Translations under genes and position numbers: made by a program | The notes under the pieces: model-generated | Database searches by the model: none | What the model was told of the DNA's origin: nothing | Seen by the model: the letters and a program-made list of their open reading frames with translations, nothing else | Source of the DNA: Alphaproteobacteria bacterium | GTDB lineage: Bacteria; Pseudomonadota; Alphaproteobacteria; Rs-D84 | DNA: 33,782 nucleotides | Direction of reading: 5' to 3' | Assembly: GCA_016285415.1 (NCBI GenBank) | Contig: JAEEQU010000002.1 | Location: 1-33,782, forward strand | Part shown: piece after piece, positions 1 through 8,625 of the stretch | Layout of the letters: each line of letters opens with the position of its first letter | Position numbering within the stretch: position 1 is the first letter of the stretch

Positions 1-2
1 TA

Positions 3-1211
3 TTAGAAATAGAATATCACTTGACCACCAATGGACATTTCTTTGTATTTATCCAATTTGGCCACACCGCCATATCCCCAAATACCTGATTCGGTTTGAT
101 AGTAATCCAAGTTTTTGCCATCGGCACTATCAAAGAACGATGTTTTCGCATACAAGTCCAATGCGAACCAATCATTTGGTTGATATCCAACGGCGGCCTT
201 GATAGATGCCTGATTATGCCAATCATAATTTCCAACCAATGCTTCTATATTCAATGTCCAATCTTCAGACAGAACACTGAACACACCAGCACCCGCTTCA
301 AAGAAGAATGTCCGTGCGGCATCATCGTCATATGCCAAGAACATCGCTTCTTCGTAACCGCCTGCGGTCTTTCCTTTGATACCATTGCCATACATTTCAT
401 CATCAAAATTCATCAACCAACCACGCGCGATACCATAAATAGTTGATTTAGAAACTTTGTATCCGAACTTTAAATCCGCGATAAATTCATTAGCAATATC
501 TTGTTGTCTTTCATAATACCCAGACAATGTAGCAATCCATTTATCATTGTCTGCGAAACGCCATTGTACCCCAGCACCATAGATATTGAAACCACTGTCA
601 TCCATTTTATCATCTGGGGTGGTGCTTTGTGACCAATCAAATTTATATTTGGTTGAATCATAACGCCCCATTAACAATACACCAAAACGATCAGTGATTC
701 CGAAACTGAAATCTTCCTTAATCGCGATTTGATCCATTGTCCATTTTGCTTTTGTATCATCCAATGTGACCCCAGCCGCCGGTGTAATTTCAAAACTGTA
801 CGACGCCTGATTAGACGCGATATCCGTTATAGAACCAAACTTTCCTTCGGTTGGTTGAAAGAACGGATGCGCCAAATAATATTTACGTTTCACGCTTTTA
901 CGAACCGATTTATTTCTGGTTGTTGTTTCGGTACGTGTTGTGGTTGCACCTTGGTATCCGTTGCTATACATCTGGCTTCTGTTTGCCGCTTGCTGACCAT
1001 AATATTGGCCATTTGATGTACCATAGGCACCATAACCACCGGTATTTGAATAAGACCGTGTCGTCGTAGAACGTGTCGTTTGATATTGCGTGTAATTTGA
1101 ATTATTCTGATTACGCGCGGCATACGACACACCCGAATAATTTGCACCAAATGCTGGCACTCCCACGGCCAACACAGCCGCAAAACCCAATGCAGGTAAA
1201 CTTAATTTCAT
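3..1211 (-). CDS. Outer-membrane beta-barrel protein (porin-like) with an N-terminal low-complexity region
   Basis: 402-aa ORF. Signal peptide MKLSLPALGFAAVLAVGVPAFG. About 90 aa rich in N/Q/S/T/Y/G follow. The C-terminal two-thirds show alternating hydrophobic/aromatic beta-strand patterns and end in the typical OMP signature ...GGQVIFYF (terminal Phe). GGAG-type RBS upstream (GGAGAAAATTAAATG). Confidence 0.6.
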   Translation of the reverse strand: MKLSLPALGFAAVLAVGVPAFGANYSGVSYAARNQNNSNYTQYQTTRSTTTRSYSNTGGYGAYGTSNGQYYGQQAANRSQMYSNGYQGATTTRTETTTRNKSVRKSVKRKYYLAHPFFQPTEGKFGSITDIASNQASYSFEITPAAGVTLDDTKAKWTMDQIAIKEDFSFGITDRFGVLLMGRYDSTKYKFDWSQSTTPDDKMDDSGFNIYGAGVQWRFADNDKWIATLSGYYERQQDIANEFIADLKFGYKVSKSTIYGIARGWLMNFDDEMYGNGIKGKTAGGYEEAMFLAYDDDAARTFFFEAGAGVFSVLSEDWTLNIEALVGNYDWHNQASIKAAVGYQPNDWFALDLYAKTSFFDSADGKNLDYYQTESGIWGYGGVAKLDKYKEMSIGGQVIFYF

Positions 1212-1237
1212 TTAATTTTCTCCTTTTTGATAATTAG

Positions 1238-1265
1238 ATTATATCACAAAAACAGTAAATAACAA
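1238..1265 (-). promoter_or_regulatory. Putative sigma70-type promoter for the OMP gene (TTGTTA-16-TATAAT on minus strand)
   Basis: Read by eye on the minus strand: -35 TTGTTA (1265-1260), 16-nt spacer, -10 TATAAT (1243-1238), about 27 nt upstream of the start codon. Confidence 0.3.
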
Positions 1266-1282
1266 AATTAAAAACAGTCAAT

Positions 1283-3496
1283 TTATAAAATTTGACGTTT
1301 GCCCTTGGCATCGGCGGCACTAACTATGCCTTCCTGTTCCATACGTTCCATAAATCCGGCGGCCTTGTTATACCCGACACCCAAACGGCGTTGAATATAC
1401 GAAATTGTTGGTTTTTTATCCCGCAAGACATACTCTTTGGCCATCGCATATAAATCACCACCATCGCCCGATGATATTGCACCACCACCGCTGGCGGCCG
1501 CGTCATCCACGTTATCAACAACGCCTTCCACATATTCCGGTTCACCTTGGGCGCGCAAGAAATCACCGATACGTTGTAATTCTGGATTATCTATGAATGC
1601 CGCATGGATACGCACCGGCAACCGTCCAGATTCACTGAACAACATATCCCCCTTGTCCAACAGGTTTTCTGCACCTTTTTCGCCAAGGGATGTAATTGAA
1701 TCTTGGATACTGCGTGCCTGGAACGAAATACGTGTTGGGAAATTCGCCTTAATCGCACCAGTAATAATTGTCGCATCCGGACGCTGCGTCGCCATAACAA
1801 GATGGATACCCGCCGCACGCGCCTTTTGTGCGATACGTTGCAGACACACATCTACTTCCTTGCGCGCAACATTCATCAGGTCAGCGACTTCGTCAACAAT
1901 AATGACAATGTATGGCATATCCGACAAATCAACTTCCTGTGTTTCATATAATAATTCGCCGGTTTCTTCGTCTGTTCCAACCGCAACCTGTTGTGTAACG
2001 GTTTCGCCTGCCTCACGTTTTGCCGCAACAATTTCGTTATATTGTTGTATATTCTGGGCATTAAACATTTGTAATTGTTTATATCGGTCATCCATTTCAC
2101 GCACCGCCCATTTCAGCGCATTAACCGCCGCCACAGGATCATTTTTCACAATTGGTGTAATCAAATGTGGAATATCATCCCAGAACCCAAAGTCAACACC
2201 CTTGGGGTCAACAATCATTAATTTGCATTTATCCGGTGTAAAGTGATACACAATAGATGTAATAATAGATTGAACGAACACCGATTTACCAGTTCCAGTA
2301 CGTCCAGCAATTAACATATGTGGCATTTTTGCCAAATCAAAATACATTGGCCCACCCGCAATATTAACCCCCAGCGCAAGCGGTATTTTATATTTTGAAT
2401 TTACGAATAAATCATCTTCAACTAATTCGCGGAACCGAACCGTTTGACGATCAAAGTTAACCATTTCCACACCAATTAAATCCGTCCGTGGAATATGTGC
2501 AATACGGATTTTTTCCGTTGCCATTGCACGCGTCATATCATTGACGGTTTTGTTAACATCAACCATCTTGGTTCCACTTTCTGGCTTAAATTCATACAGC
2601 GTAACAATTGGCCCGGGGCGAATACCTGTGACCTTACCCTTAACATTATATTCGGCAAAATGCACCTCTAACAACGATGCCTGACGTTTTAATTCTGGTG
2701 TAACCGTATTCTTACGGAAATTGGAACTTTCCAAAAATTCTGGATCGGGTAATTCATATTCTGCGGCATCACTGTCAGACACTTTTGCAGCAACCTTGCG
2801 ACGCGTTTTTTTACGTGGTTTAACCTCTTCTTCTTCCTCTTCGTCCTCTTCTTCTACTTCTTCCTCCTCTTCCTCAACTTCTTCTTCATCTTCATCGGAC
2901 GGCAATTCTCGCATCAGATGGAACGCGGTCAACACCCAACGCAATACGCGCCATACAATACGAACGATTCGCGCAATATCACCAAAACTGATATGCAACA
3001 ATATGCCGGCAATTATAAAAAACAGTCCCAAACATAAAATCCCAACAACCAGCGCACCACCACCAATAAGTCCCGAAATATCCGCGGCGGCAACCGCACC
3101 GACCATTCCCCCAAATGTTGCCCGTGGTGCAATCATTCCAAAACCCGCGGCACCCAAACAAACGGCGACAAACCCACGCAATATATTATATTCTGGTGTT
3201 CCATCACCACCGCCACCAAGTATCAGATTTATTCCATACCGTCCGAAACATAACAATAAAAATAATGTTGGTACGAACCCAATCATATAACGCAATGTTC
3301 CAACAAAATTCCCCATCAGCGATTGATTACCAAAATTTCCCGCCGCCGATACACCATCTAAATATGGATTATGAAGCAACAATGCCAACACGCCCCACGT
3401 CGCAACCAATGCAACCACCAGTCCGCATAACCTTTTTGCAAAGCCCTTCAAGGCGCCCGAAACACTGTCCGGTAAAAGTTTTGAATTCTCACTCAT
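1283..3496 (-). CDS. ftsK: DNA translocase FtsK
   Basis: 737 aa. N-terminal multi-pass membrane domain and an acidic/basic linker. Motor domain with Walker A LIAGRTGTGKSV and Walker B YIVIIVDEVADL. C-terminal gamma winged-helix ISYIQRRLGVGYNKAAGFMERMEQEGIV. Confidence 0.95.
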   Translation of the reverse strand: MSENSKLLPDSVSGALKGFAKRLCGLVVALVATWGVLALLLHNPYLDGVSAAGNFGNQSLMGNFVGTLRYMIGFVPTLFLLLCFGRYGINLILGGGGDGTPEYNILRGFVAVCLGAAGFGMIAPRATFGGMVGAVAAADISGLIGGGALVVGILCLGLFFIIAGILLHISFGDIARIVRIVWRVLRWVLTAFHLMRELPSDEDEEEVEEEEEEVEEEDEEEEEEVKPRKKTRRKVAAKVSDSDAAEYELPDPEFLESSNFRKNTVTPELKRQASLLEVHFAEYNVKGKVTGIRPGPIVTLYEFKPESGTKMVDVNKTVNDMTRAMATEKIRIAHIPRTDLIGVEMVNFDRQTVRFRELVEDDLFVNSKYKIPLALGVNIAGGPMYFDLAKMPHMLIAGRTGTGKSVFVQSIITSIVYHFTPDKCKLMIVDPKGVDFGFWDDIPHLITPIVKNDPVAAVNALKWAVREMDDRYKQLQMFNAQNIQQYNEIVAAKREAGETVTQQVAVGTDEETGELLYETQEVDLSDMPYIVIIVDEVADLMNVARKEVDVCLQRIAQKARAAGIHLVMATQRPDATIITGAIKANFPTRISFQARSIQDSITSLGEKGAENLLDKGDMLFSESGRLPVRIHAAFIDNPELQRIGDFLRAQGEPEYVEGVVDNVDDAAASGGGAISSGDGGDLYAMAKEYVLRDKKPTISYIQRRLGVGYNKAAGFMERMEQEGIVSAADAKGKRQIL

Positions 3497-3542
3497 GCTA
3501 TGTATTGTATCATAAAAATTTACAAAATAATAGCCCGCACCA

Positions 3543-4193
3543 TTATTTATTTAACTGTTTATTAACGCGTCGCGATAAAATATCTTTGACGATAATTGCC
3601 GTAACCGTTCCAATAAATGCCCCCAGAATAACATCAGACGGCCAATGCGCCCCAACACATACACGCGACACACCAATAATCACCGCCAATATCCAGAAAA
3701 ACCACCGACCACGTGGCGCCAACATTCCAATCATTACCAAACCTGCAAATGCCGCCAATGTATGTCCCGATGGCATAGAATGATAATCATACGCACTGGT
3801 AAACCATTCAAATTCTGGCAACCCCCACATTTCATATAATGCCGGACGGGCACGTCCCAAAATACATTTTATAATCAAACCCACCACAGATGCTGCGCAC
3901 ACAGAACAAAACACCCAAAATGCATAACTGCCACGAACCTTGGTATATGCCTCAAACAAATTGACCTTGGATTTTGTCTGAATAATTTTGCGAACATAAA
4001 AAACGACAACAACCAAGAACGGTATTACCAACCAATTTTTCGCACTGAAAATTTTTCCAAGGATTTTCCACCCGCGCCAATCAAACCCACGCAGGAAATC
4101 ATATACAGGAACATCAAACCAAAATATTCCCGCCAACGTCACTAAACAAGTAATAATAAATGCAACAATTATTCCCGACCATTTATTTTTCAT
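3543..4193 (-). CDS. PAP2-family (acid phosphatase / lipid phosphate phosphatase) membrane protein
   Basis: All three PAP2 motifs are present: KCILGRARP (KxxxxxxRP), PSGH, and SRVCVGAHWPSD (SRxxxxxHxxxD). Several TM helices. The ORF track begins at TTG 4211. I prefer ATG 4193 (MKNKWS...), which has AAGGA upstream and does not overlap the upstream gene's stop. Confidence 0.82.
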   Translation of the reverse strand: MKNKWSGIIVAFIITCLVTLAGIFWFDVPVYDFLRGFDWRGWKILGKIFSAKNWLVIPFLVVVVFYVRKIIQTKSKVNLFEAYTKVRGSYAFWVFCSVCAASVVGLIIKCILGRARPALYEMWGLPEFEWFTSAYDYHSMPSGHTLAAFAGLVMIGMLAPRGRWFFWILAVIIGVSRVCVGAHWPSDVILGAFIGTVTAIIVKDILSRRVNKQLNK

Positions 4194-4203
4194 CTTAAAT
4201 TCC

Positions 4204-5715
4204 TTATTCAAAATTTAATAACCGGCTGTATACCTTGGCATCAGTTAATATTTTAACTGCCACAGACAACGCGACCAAATCTTCATCTTCACCACTGGTA
4301 ATTGTTGGGCAACCACGACGAACCGATTCGGCATCAACGCCTTTGTCCCGATTATAATCATGCGCACGGAAATCATTATTTATTACATTAAGGAAAAATG
4401 CACTTTGTTGCGATGTCGTTCTTATATTAGATAAACAAACCAATGGGAATACCCCGCGTCTGTCTATGACACTTCCCTTCCCTGTCTTTACGGACTTGTT
4501 CATAATCTCTAATATTCCACCATCATTTAATGCCAAATGCGATGCGATACGCGCAATCCCCGCGGTTGGTGTTCCAATTAACACCCCGCGTCCATTTTCA
4601 TAAAACGCACTGGCAATTGCCTCGGCCGTGCCACGTGTCATATTTGAAACGACAACCACCACTGGCGCATTTGTTACCGCATCACCCGCAGGAACAACCT
4701 CTACTTCGTCACGTGCGGTTTCAACCACACGCATAATTGGATGCGGTCCAATGAACAAACCCGCCAATTTTGCCGCGGCGCGTTCATCGTTACCGTCTGC
4801 GGAACGCAAATCCAATATAACACCCGACAGGTCTTTATGTTTGGCCAATGCCTCGGACACAATAGATGTGGCATTATTAGAAATTCTGTTAACAATAATT
4901 TCCAATATTCCCCCATTATCATCATCCATGAACACAACATCCGCATCCGCAATAACAATTGTTGCACGACGAACGACTATGCGACGTGTTCCACTTGGGG
5001 TCAGCAATGTCATCTTTAATGTTCCAGAATTAAATCCAGACATCATTGTTCCAAGTGCCGCATCAGACATATCCGACACCAATGTTCCATTTATTTCGCC
5101 AATTAAATCCCCTGCGGCAACACCTGCATTATCCGCAGGCGAACCCTTGTATACCCCAAGCACGCGGAAATTTCCACGTTCATCGCGTGCACCTTCAATA
5201 CCAACACTGGTCAATATTTTACCATCATTTGTTATTTCGGCATCTTGGGAATAAATATAACGTCCGCTTTCGTCTATGCCACGCATCAGCCCATCAACCA
5301 CGGCACGATATATTTCACCTTCGTCCGCCATGGCCAGATTTTGATCATGTTCGCGCAACTTTAATACCAATGCCGTTGTTATTTCCCCAAATGCATTCCA
5401 ATCACGCGCGGCGGGACGTGGATAATTTGCAATAATAGAATCACCCCACACCAAAACGACACGTTCATCGGTCGCGGCAATATGCGCATTTTGATTCAGA
5501 TTTTCCAAACTTTCAATTGCGATATTTATGTTTTTGCCGCCCCAACTAACACCGTCTAATTTTTCATAAATATCGGCAAAGCCACGTGACATTTCGACAA
5601 CATTTATACCATCTTGAATTGGTTCATCTTCAAAAAATAAACTATCAGAATACGCGGCACCTGCTGCAAAGATTACCCCCAAGATTCCGACAAAAAATTT
5701 TTTTATTTTTATCAT
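4204..5715 (-). CDS. S41-family C-terminal processing peptidase homologue with PDZ domain (active site apparently degenerate)
   Basis: Signal peptide MIKIKKFFVGILGVIFAAGAAYS. PDZ-like segment GVYKGSPADNAGVAAGDLIGEINGT. S41 core blocks GVILDLRSADGN and PVVVVVSNMTRGTAEAIASAFYENGRGVLIGTPTAG. Start moved to ATG 5715, which has GGGGGACGA just upstream. The 27-codon extension in the ORF track would overlap secF. Confidence 0.78.
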   Translation of the reverse strand: MIKIKKFFVGILGVIFAAGAAYSDSLFFEDEPIQDGINVVEMSRGFADIYEKLDGVSWGGKNINIAIESLENLNQNAHIAATDERVVLVWGDSIIANYPRPAARDWNAFGEITTALVLKLREHDQNLAMADEGEIYRAVVDGLMRGIDESGRYIYSQDAEITNDGKILTSVGIEGARDERGNFRVLGVYKGSPADNAGVAAGDLIGEINGTLVSDMSDAALGTMMSGFNSGTLKMTLLTPSGTRRIVVRRATIVIADADVVFMDDDNGGILEIIVNRISNNATSIVSEALAKHKDLSGVILDLRSADGNDERAAAKLAGLFIGPHPIMRVVETARDEVEVVPAGDAVTNAPVVVVVSNMTRGTAEAIASAFYENGRGVLIGTPTAGIARIASHLALNDGGILEIMNKSVKTGKGSVIDRRGVFPLVCLSNIRTTSQQSAFFLNVINNDFRAHDYNRDKGVDAESVRRGCPTITSGEDEDLVALSVAVKILTDAKVYSRLLNFE

Positions 5716-5752
5716 TCGTCCCCCCTGTCCTTCGCACCAAGTGCCACCAATA

Positions 5753-6616
5753 TTAGTATTGTGTTTCACGTATATTAAAGTGGTACAAGATAACATTTGA
5801 AATATACATACTGGTCAATGTTCCCATTATGATAGAGAACGTCATCGCAATCGCGAAATCGCGTAACGCCAAACCACCGAATACGAACAATCCCAACAAC
5901 GCCAACATTGTAGTAATACTTGTCATCAATGTTCGTGATAACATTTCATTAACCGACAAATCAATAACATCATCCATTGGCATTTTATGATACTTTTTCA
6001 CATTTTCATCTATACGGTCATAATTCACGACCTTATCGTTTATTGAATATCCGACACCCATAAGGATAACCGCAATGGCTGTTTGATTAAATTCCAATCC
6101 CATAACCGAAAAGAATCCAAACATCAAAATAAAGTCAAATACCAATGACACAAATGAACCAACCGCATATCCACCACGATACCGTATCCAAATATAAACC
6201 GCCATCAAGATAAACGATACCAATACGGCAAGTATACCACCGCGCACCAATTCACCACCGATTTTTGGTCCAACAATTTGTACCTGGGCATATTCTACGC
6301 GGTCACCCAAAATGTCTTTGATTTCGCGCACGCGTTCATTTTGTTGTGCATCGGTCGCACCCTTGGGCAAACCAACACGAATCAAAATAGATTTATCATC
6401 CACAGATTGTAATTCCGGACTAAACGCGGCCAAATCATGACGCATCTTATCAACAGTATAATCGGGACTGTTGGATGTGACTTCCATAGAAATACCACCG
6501 GCAAAATCAATTCCATAATTTAATCCTTTGATGGACAATGACAGAATTGACAACAACACCAATACCCCGGAAATCCAGTACGATAATTTGCGATACTTCA
6601 TAAAATGCAGTTTCAT
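5753..6616 (-). CDS. secF: Protein translocase subunit SecF
   Basis: 287 aa. GLNYGIDFAGG motif and six TM segments. Lies directly downstream of secD (11-nt gap) with AAGGGG RBS. Confidence 0.93.
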   Translation of the reverse strand: MKLHFMKYRKLSYWISGVLVLLSILSLSIKGLNYGIDFAGGISMEVTSNSPDYTVDKMRHDLAAFSPELQSVDDKSILIRVGLPKGATDAQQNERVREIKDILGDRVEYAQVQIVGPKIGGELVRGGILAVLVSFILMAVYIWIRYRGGYAVGSFVSLVFDFILMFGFFSVMGLEFNQTAIAVILMGVGYSINDKVVNYDRIDENVKKYHKMPMDDVIDLSVNEMLSRTLMTSITTMLALLGLFVFGGLALRDFAIAMTFSIIMGTLTSMYISNVILYHFNIRETQY

Positions 6617-6627
6617 AATTTAACCCC

Positions 6628-8193
6628 TTACTTTTTTCTTACATAACCAATTTTTTTATTTTTACCGCCCATATACCAATCTATTAACAGGCGTGACAAC
6701 CATATACATGTGAACAATGTTGTCATAACCCCAAGTGATAATGTAACCGCGAAACCACGAATCGGACCAGCGCCAAATTGGAACAATATAAGCGCACAAA
6801 TCAAATTGGTAAGTTCACCATCAAGAACGGTCTTCATGGAGCGATTAAACCCAGAATCAACCGCACGCAACGGTGTTGCCCCAGATTTAATTTCATCCCT
6901 AATACGTTCAAACGGTAATATGTTTGCGTCCACCGCCATACCAAGTGTTAACACGATACCGGCAATACCTGGCAATGTTAATGTCGCACCCATCAATGCA
7001 GATACACCAATAATCATGGCAAGGTTCACCATCAAAACAATATCCGCAATCAATCCAAATGCGCCGTATACAATTAACATAAACAGCAAAACAAATGCGA
7101 CACCTATTGCGGAACCAATTTTACCTTGGGCAATGGTATCCGCCCCCAGTCCCGCACCAACGGTACGTTCTTCTATGACCTGCAACGGTGCTGGTAACGC
7201 ACCACTGCGCAACAGAACCGCCAAATCTTTTGCGCCCTGTAATGTAAACCCACCAGAAATCTGACCACGTCCACCAGGTATTGGTTCACGAATTGTTGGG
7301 GCCGATAAAATTTTGCCGTCCAAAACAATTGCAAATCTTTCATTAACGTGTTCAGTTGTCAATTTTGCAAACCGACGTGCACCCAATGAATCAAATACTG
7401 TTGTCACAACCGGCATATTATTTTGATCAAAATCTGCCTGGGAATCTTTTAAACTTTCACCAGAAACTTCCACATGCGTGAATACTGGCAATGTTGCGCC
7501 CAGCATATCCATATACGGCAGATATTCTGTTCCCGCCGGTGCTTCTTTGGATTCTGGTTGCGACCCATTTTCTGCCAATTTTTCATTAACCAAATGGAAG
7601 GTCATTTTTGCGGTCTGGCCAATCAGTTCTTTGATATGTTCCGGATTTGCGACCCCCGGCAATTGAACAAGGATATATTTTCCACCCTGACTTTGTATAG
7701 ATGGTTCCTTGGTCCCCAACGCATCAATACGACGGCGCACAATTTCAATACTACGCGCCAACGCATCCGCAATCATTTCCTTTTTTTGTTTTTCTGTATA
7801 AGAAACCTTTACCGTTTTTCCAGACGTTGAGATGTCAACAGTGCTGCCAAATACACCCTTTAAACGTCCCTTGGTTTTTGACATATCATCCGAATCACGC
7901 AACACAAATGAAATCACCCCATCTGTATTACGCATATCCGTATGTCTGATTAACCCCTTTTGACGATCAACCAATGCACTGCGCACTTCGTCATACAATT
8001 GCACAGATTTTTCTTTTAGCATGGTGTCGGTATCAACCTCTAACAACAATTGCGCCCCACCCTTAAGGTCCAACCCTAATGAAATTGGTGGCATCCATGT
8101 TGGAAAGAACCGTGCCGCATTGGGAGACAAAGTTGGCACCGCCAACAACACCCCAAACACCGCAACAAAAATAATTGCTAACTTTTTAAACAT
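6628..8193 (-). CDS. secD: Protein translocase subunit SecD
   Basis: 521 aa. LGLDLKGG motif, a large periplasmic domain and a C-terminal six-TM bundle. AAGGGGA RBS. Gene order is yajC-secD-secF. Confidence 0.95.
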   Translation of the reverse strand: MFKKLAIIFVAVFGVLLAVPTLSPNAARFFPTWMPPISLGLDLKGGAQLLLEVDTDTMLKEKSVQLYDEVRSALVDRQKGLIRHTDMRNTDGVISFVLRDSDDMSKTKGRLKGVFGSTVDISTSGKTVKVSYTEKQKKEMIADALARSIEIVRRRIDALGTKEPSIQSQGGKYILVQLPGVANPEHIKELIGQTAKMTFHLVNEKLAENGSQPESKEAPAGTEYLPYMDMLGATLPVFTHVEVSGESLKDSQADFDQNNMPVVTTVFDSLGARRFAKLTTEHVNERFAIVLDGKILSAPTIREPIPGGRGQISGGFTLQGAKDLAVLLRSGALPAPLQVIEERTVGAGLGADTIAQGKIGSAIGVAFVLLFMLIVYGAFGLIADIVLMVNLAMIIGVSALMGATLTLPGIAGIVLTLGMAVDANILPFERIRDEIKSGATPLRAVDSGFNRSMKTVLDGELTNLICALILFQFGAGPIRGFAVTLSLGVMTTLFTCIWLSRLLIDWYMGGKNKKIGYVRKK

Positions 8194-8205
8194 AACCTAT
8201 TCCCC

Positions 8206-8529
8206 TTATTTTTCAACATTTGCGACCGCGTTCTTGCTGACCTCTATAACGACGCCTTTGGCAATTTCCATTTCCAGAGTTTTTTCTTTAACACTTTTGA
8301 CTGTGCCATAAATACCAGCCGCCAAAATACAATCGCCGACCTTAATAGAATCAAGCATTTTTTGATATTCGGCCATACGCCGTTTATTTGGGCGAACCAT
8401 AAAGAAATATATGATTACGAAAATAACCAAACAGTAAACAAACAAACCACCCCAACTGCCTTGCTGGGCAACCTGCTGTGCGCCTTGGGTTGCGGTATCA
8501 ACTGCTGTATCTGCTGCTGTAACATCCAT
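8206..8529 (-). CDS. yajC: Preprotein translocase subunit YajC
   Basis: 107 aa with a single TM followed by RPNKRRMAEYQKMLDSIKVGDCILAAGIYGTV (YajC signature). Immediately upstream of secD. GGAG RBS. Confidence 0.85.
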   Translation of the reverse strand: MDVTAADTAVDTATQGAQQVAQQGSWGGLFVYCLVIFVIIYFFMVRPNKRRMAEYQKMLDSIKVGDCILAAGIYGTVKSVKEKTLEMEIAKGVVIEVSKNAVANVEK

Positions 8530-8625
8530 AATTTTCTCCTTTTTTATTATTTCTTACGCCCCAAGAATAGAAAAAAAAGCCCATAAAGTAAAGAAAAAAG
8601 TGGTCCACAGGGGCGCCTATTTCCA

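Noticed and set aside
1437-2246. Long antisense ORFs opposite well-supported genes. Examples: 1437-2246 (+) in ftsK, 4628-5254 (+) in the S41 gene, 6710-7264 (+) in secD, 14468-14980 (-) in serS, 17702-18400 (-) in typA, and 30477-30962 (-) in ruvA.
   Set aside because: Each lies entirely within a gene whose product has unambiguous family motifs. Their translations are low-complexity (Ser/Pro/Thr/Arg-rich) with no motifs or plausible RBS. This is the usual shadow-ORF artefact of codon-biased coding sequence.
2721-3290. 189-aa plus-strand ORF with a striking poly-Ser run (SSSSSSSSSTSSSSSSTSSSSSS).
   Set aside because: It is the reverse-complement reading of the GAA/GAG tract that encodes the FtsK poly-Glu linker. 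It has no independent support.
5716-5796. N-terminal extensions of ORF-track models: 5716-5796, 12077-12163, 16271-16345, 26459-26545, 28026-28166, 27062-27079, 4194-4211 and 22196-22207.
   Set aside because: The extended segments overlap the upstream gene, start at non-ATG codons or lack an SD. Their residues do not resemble the family N-termini. In each case an internal ATG with a GGAG/GGGGG-type SD gives a canonical N-terminus.
8530-8625. Possible terminator after mutL: AGTGG...CCACT around a GGCGCC palindrome, followed by TTTTTT on the minus strand.
   Set aside because: The outer stem has only 5 bp and the loop is about 19 nt. This is too weak to call without folding energy calculations.
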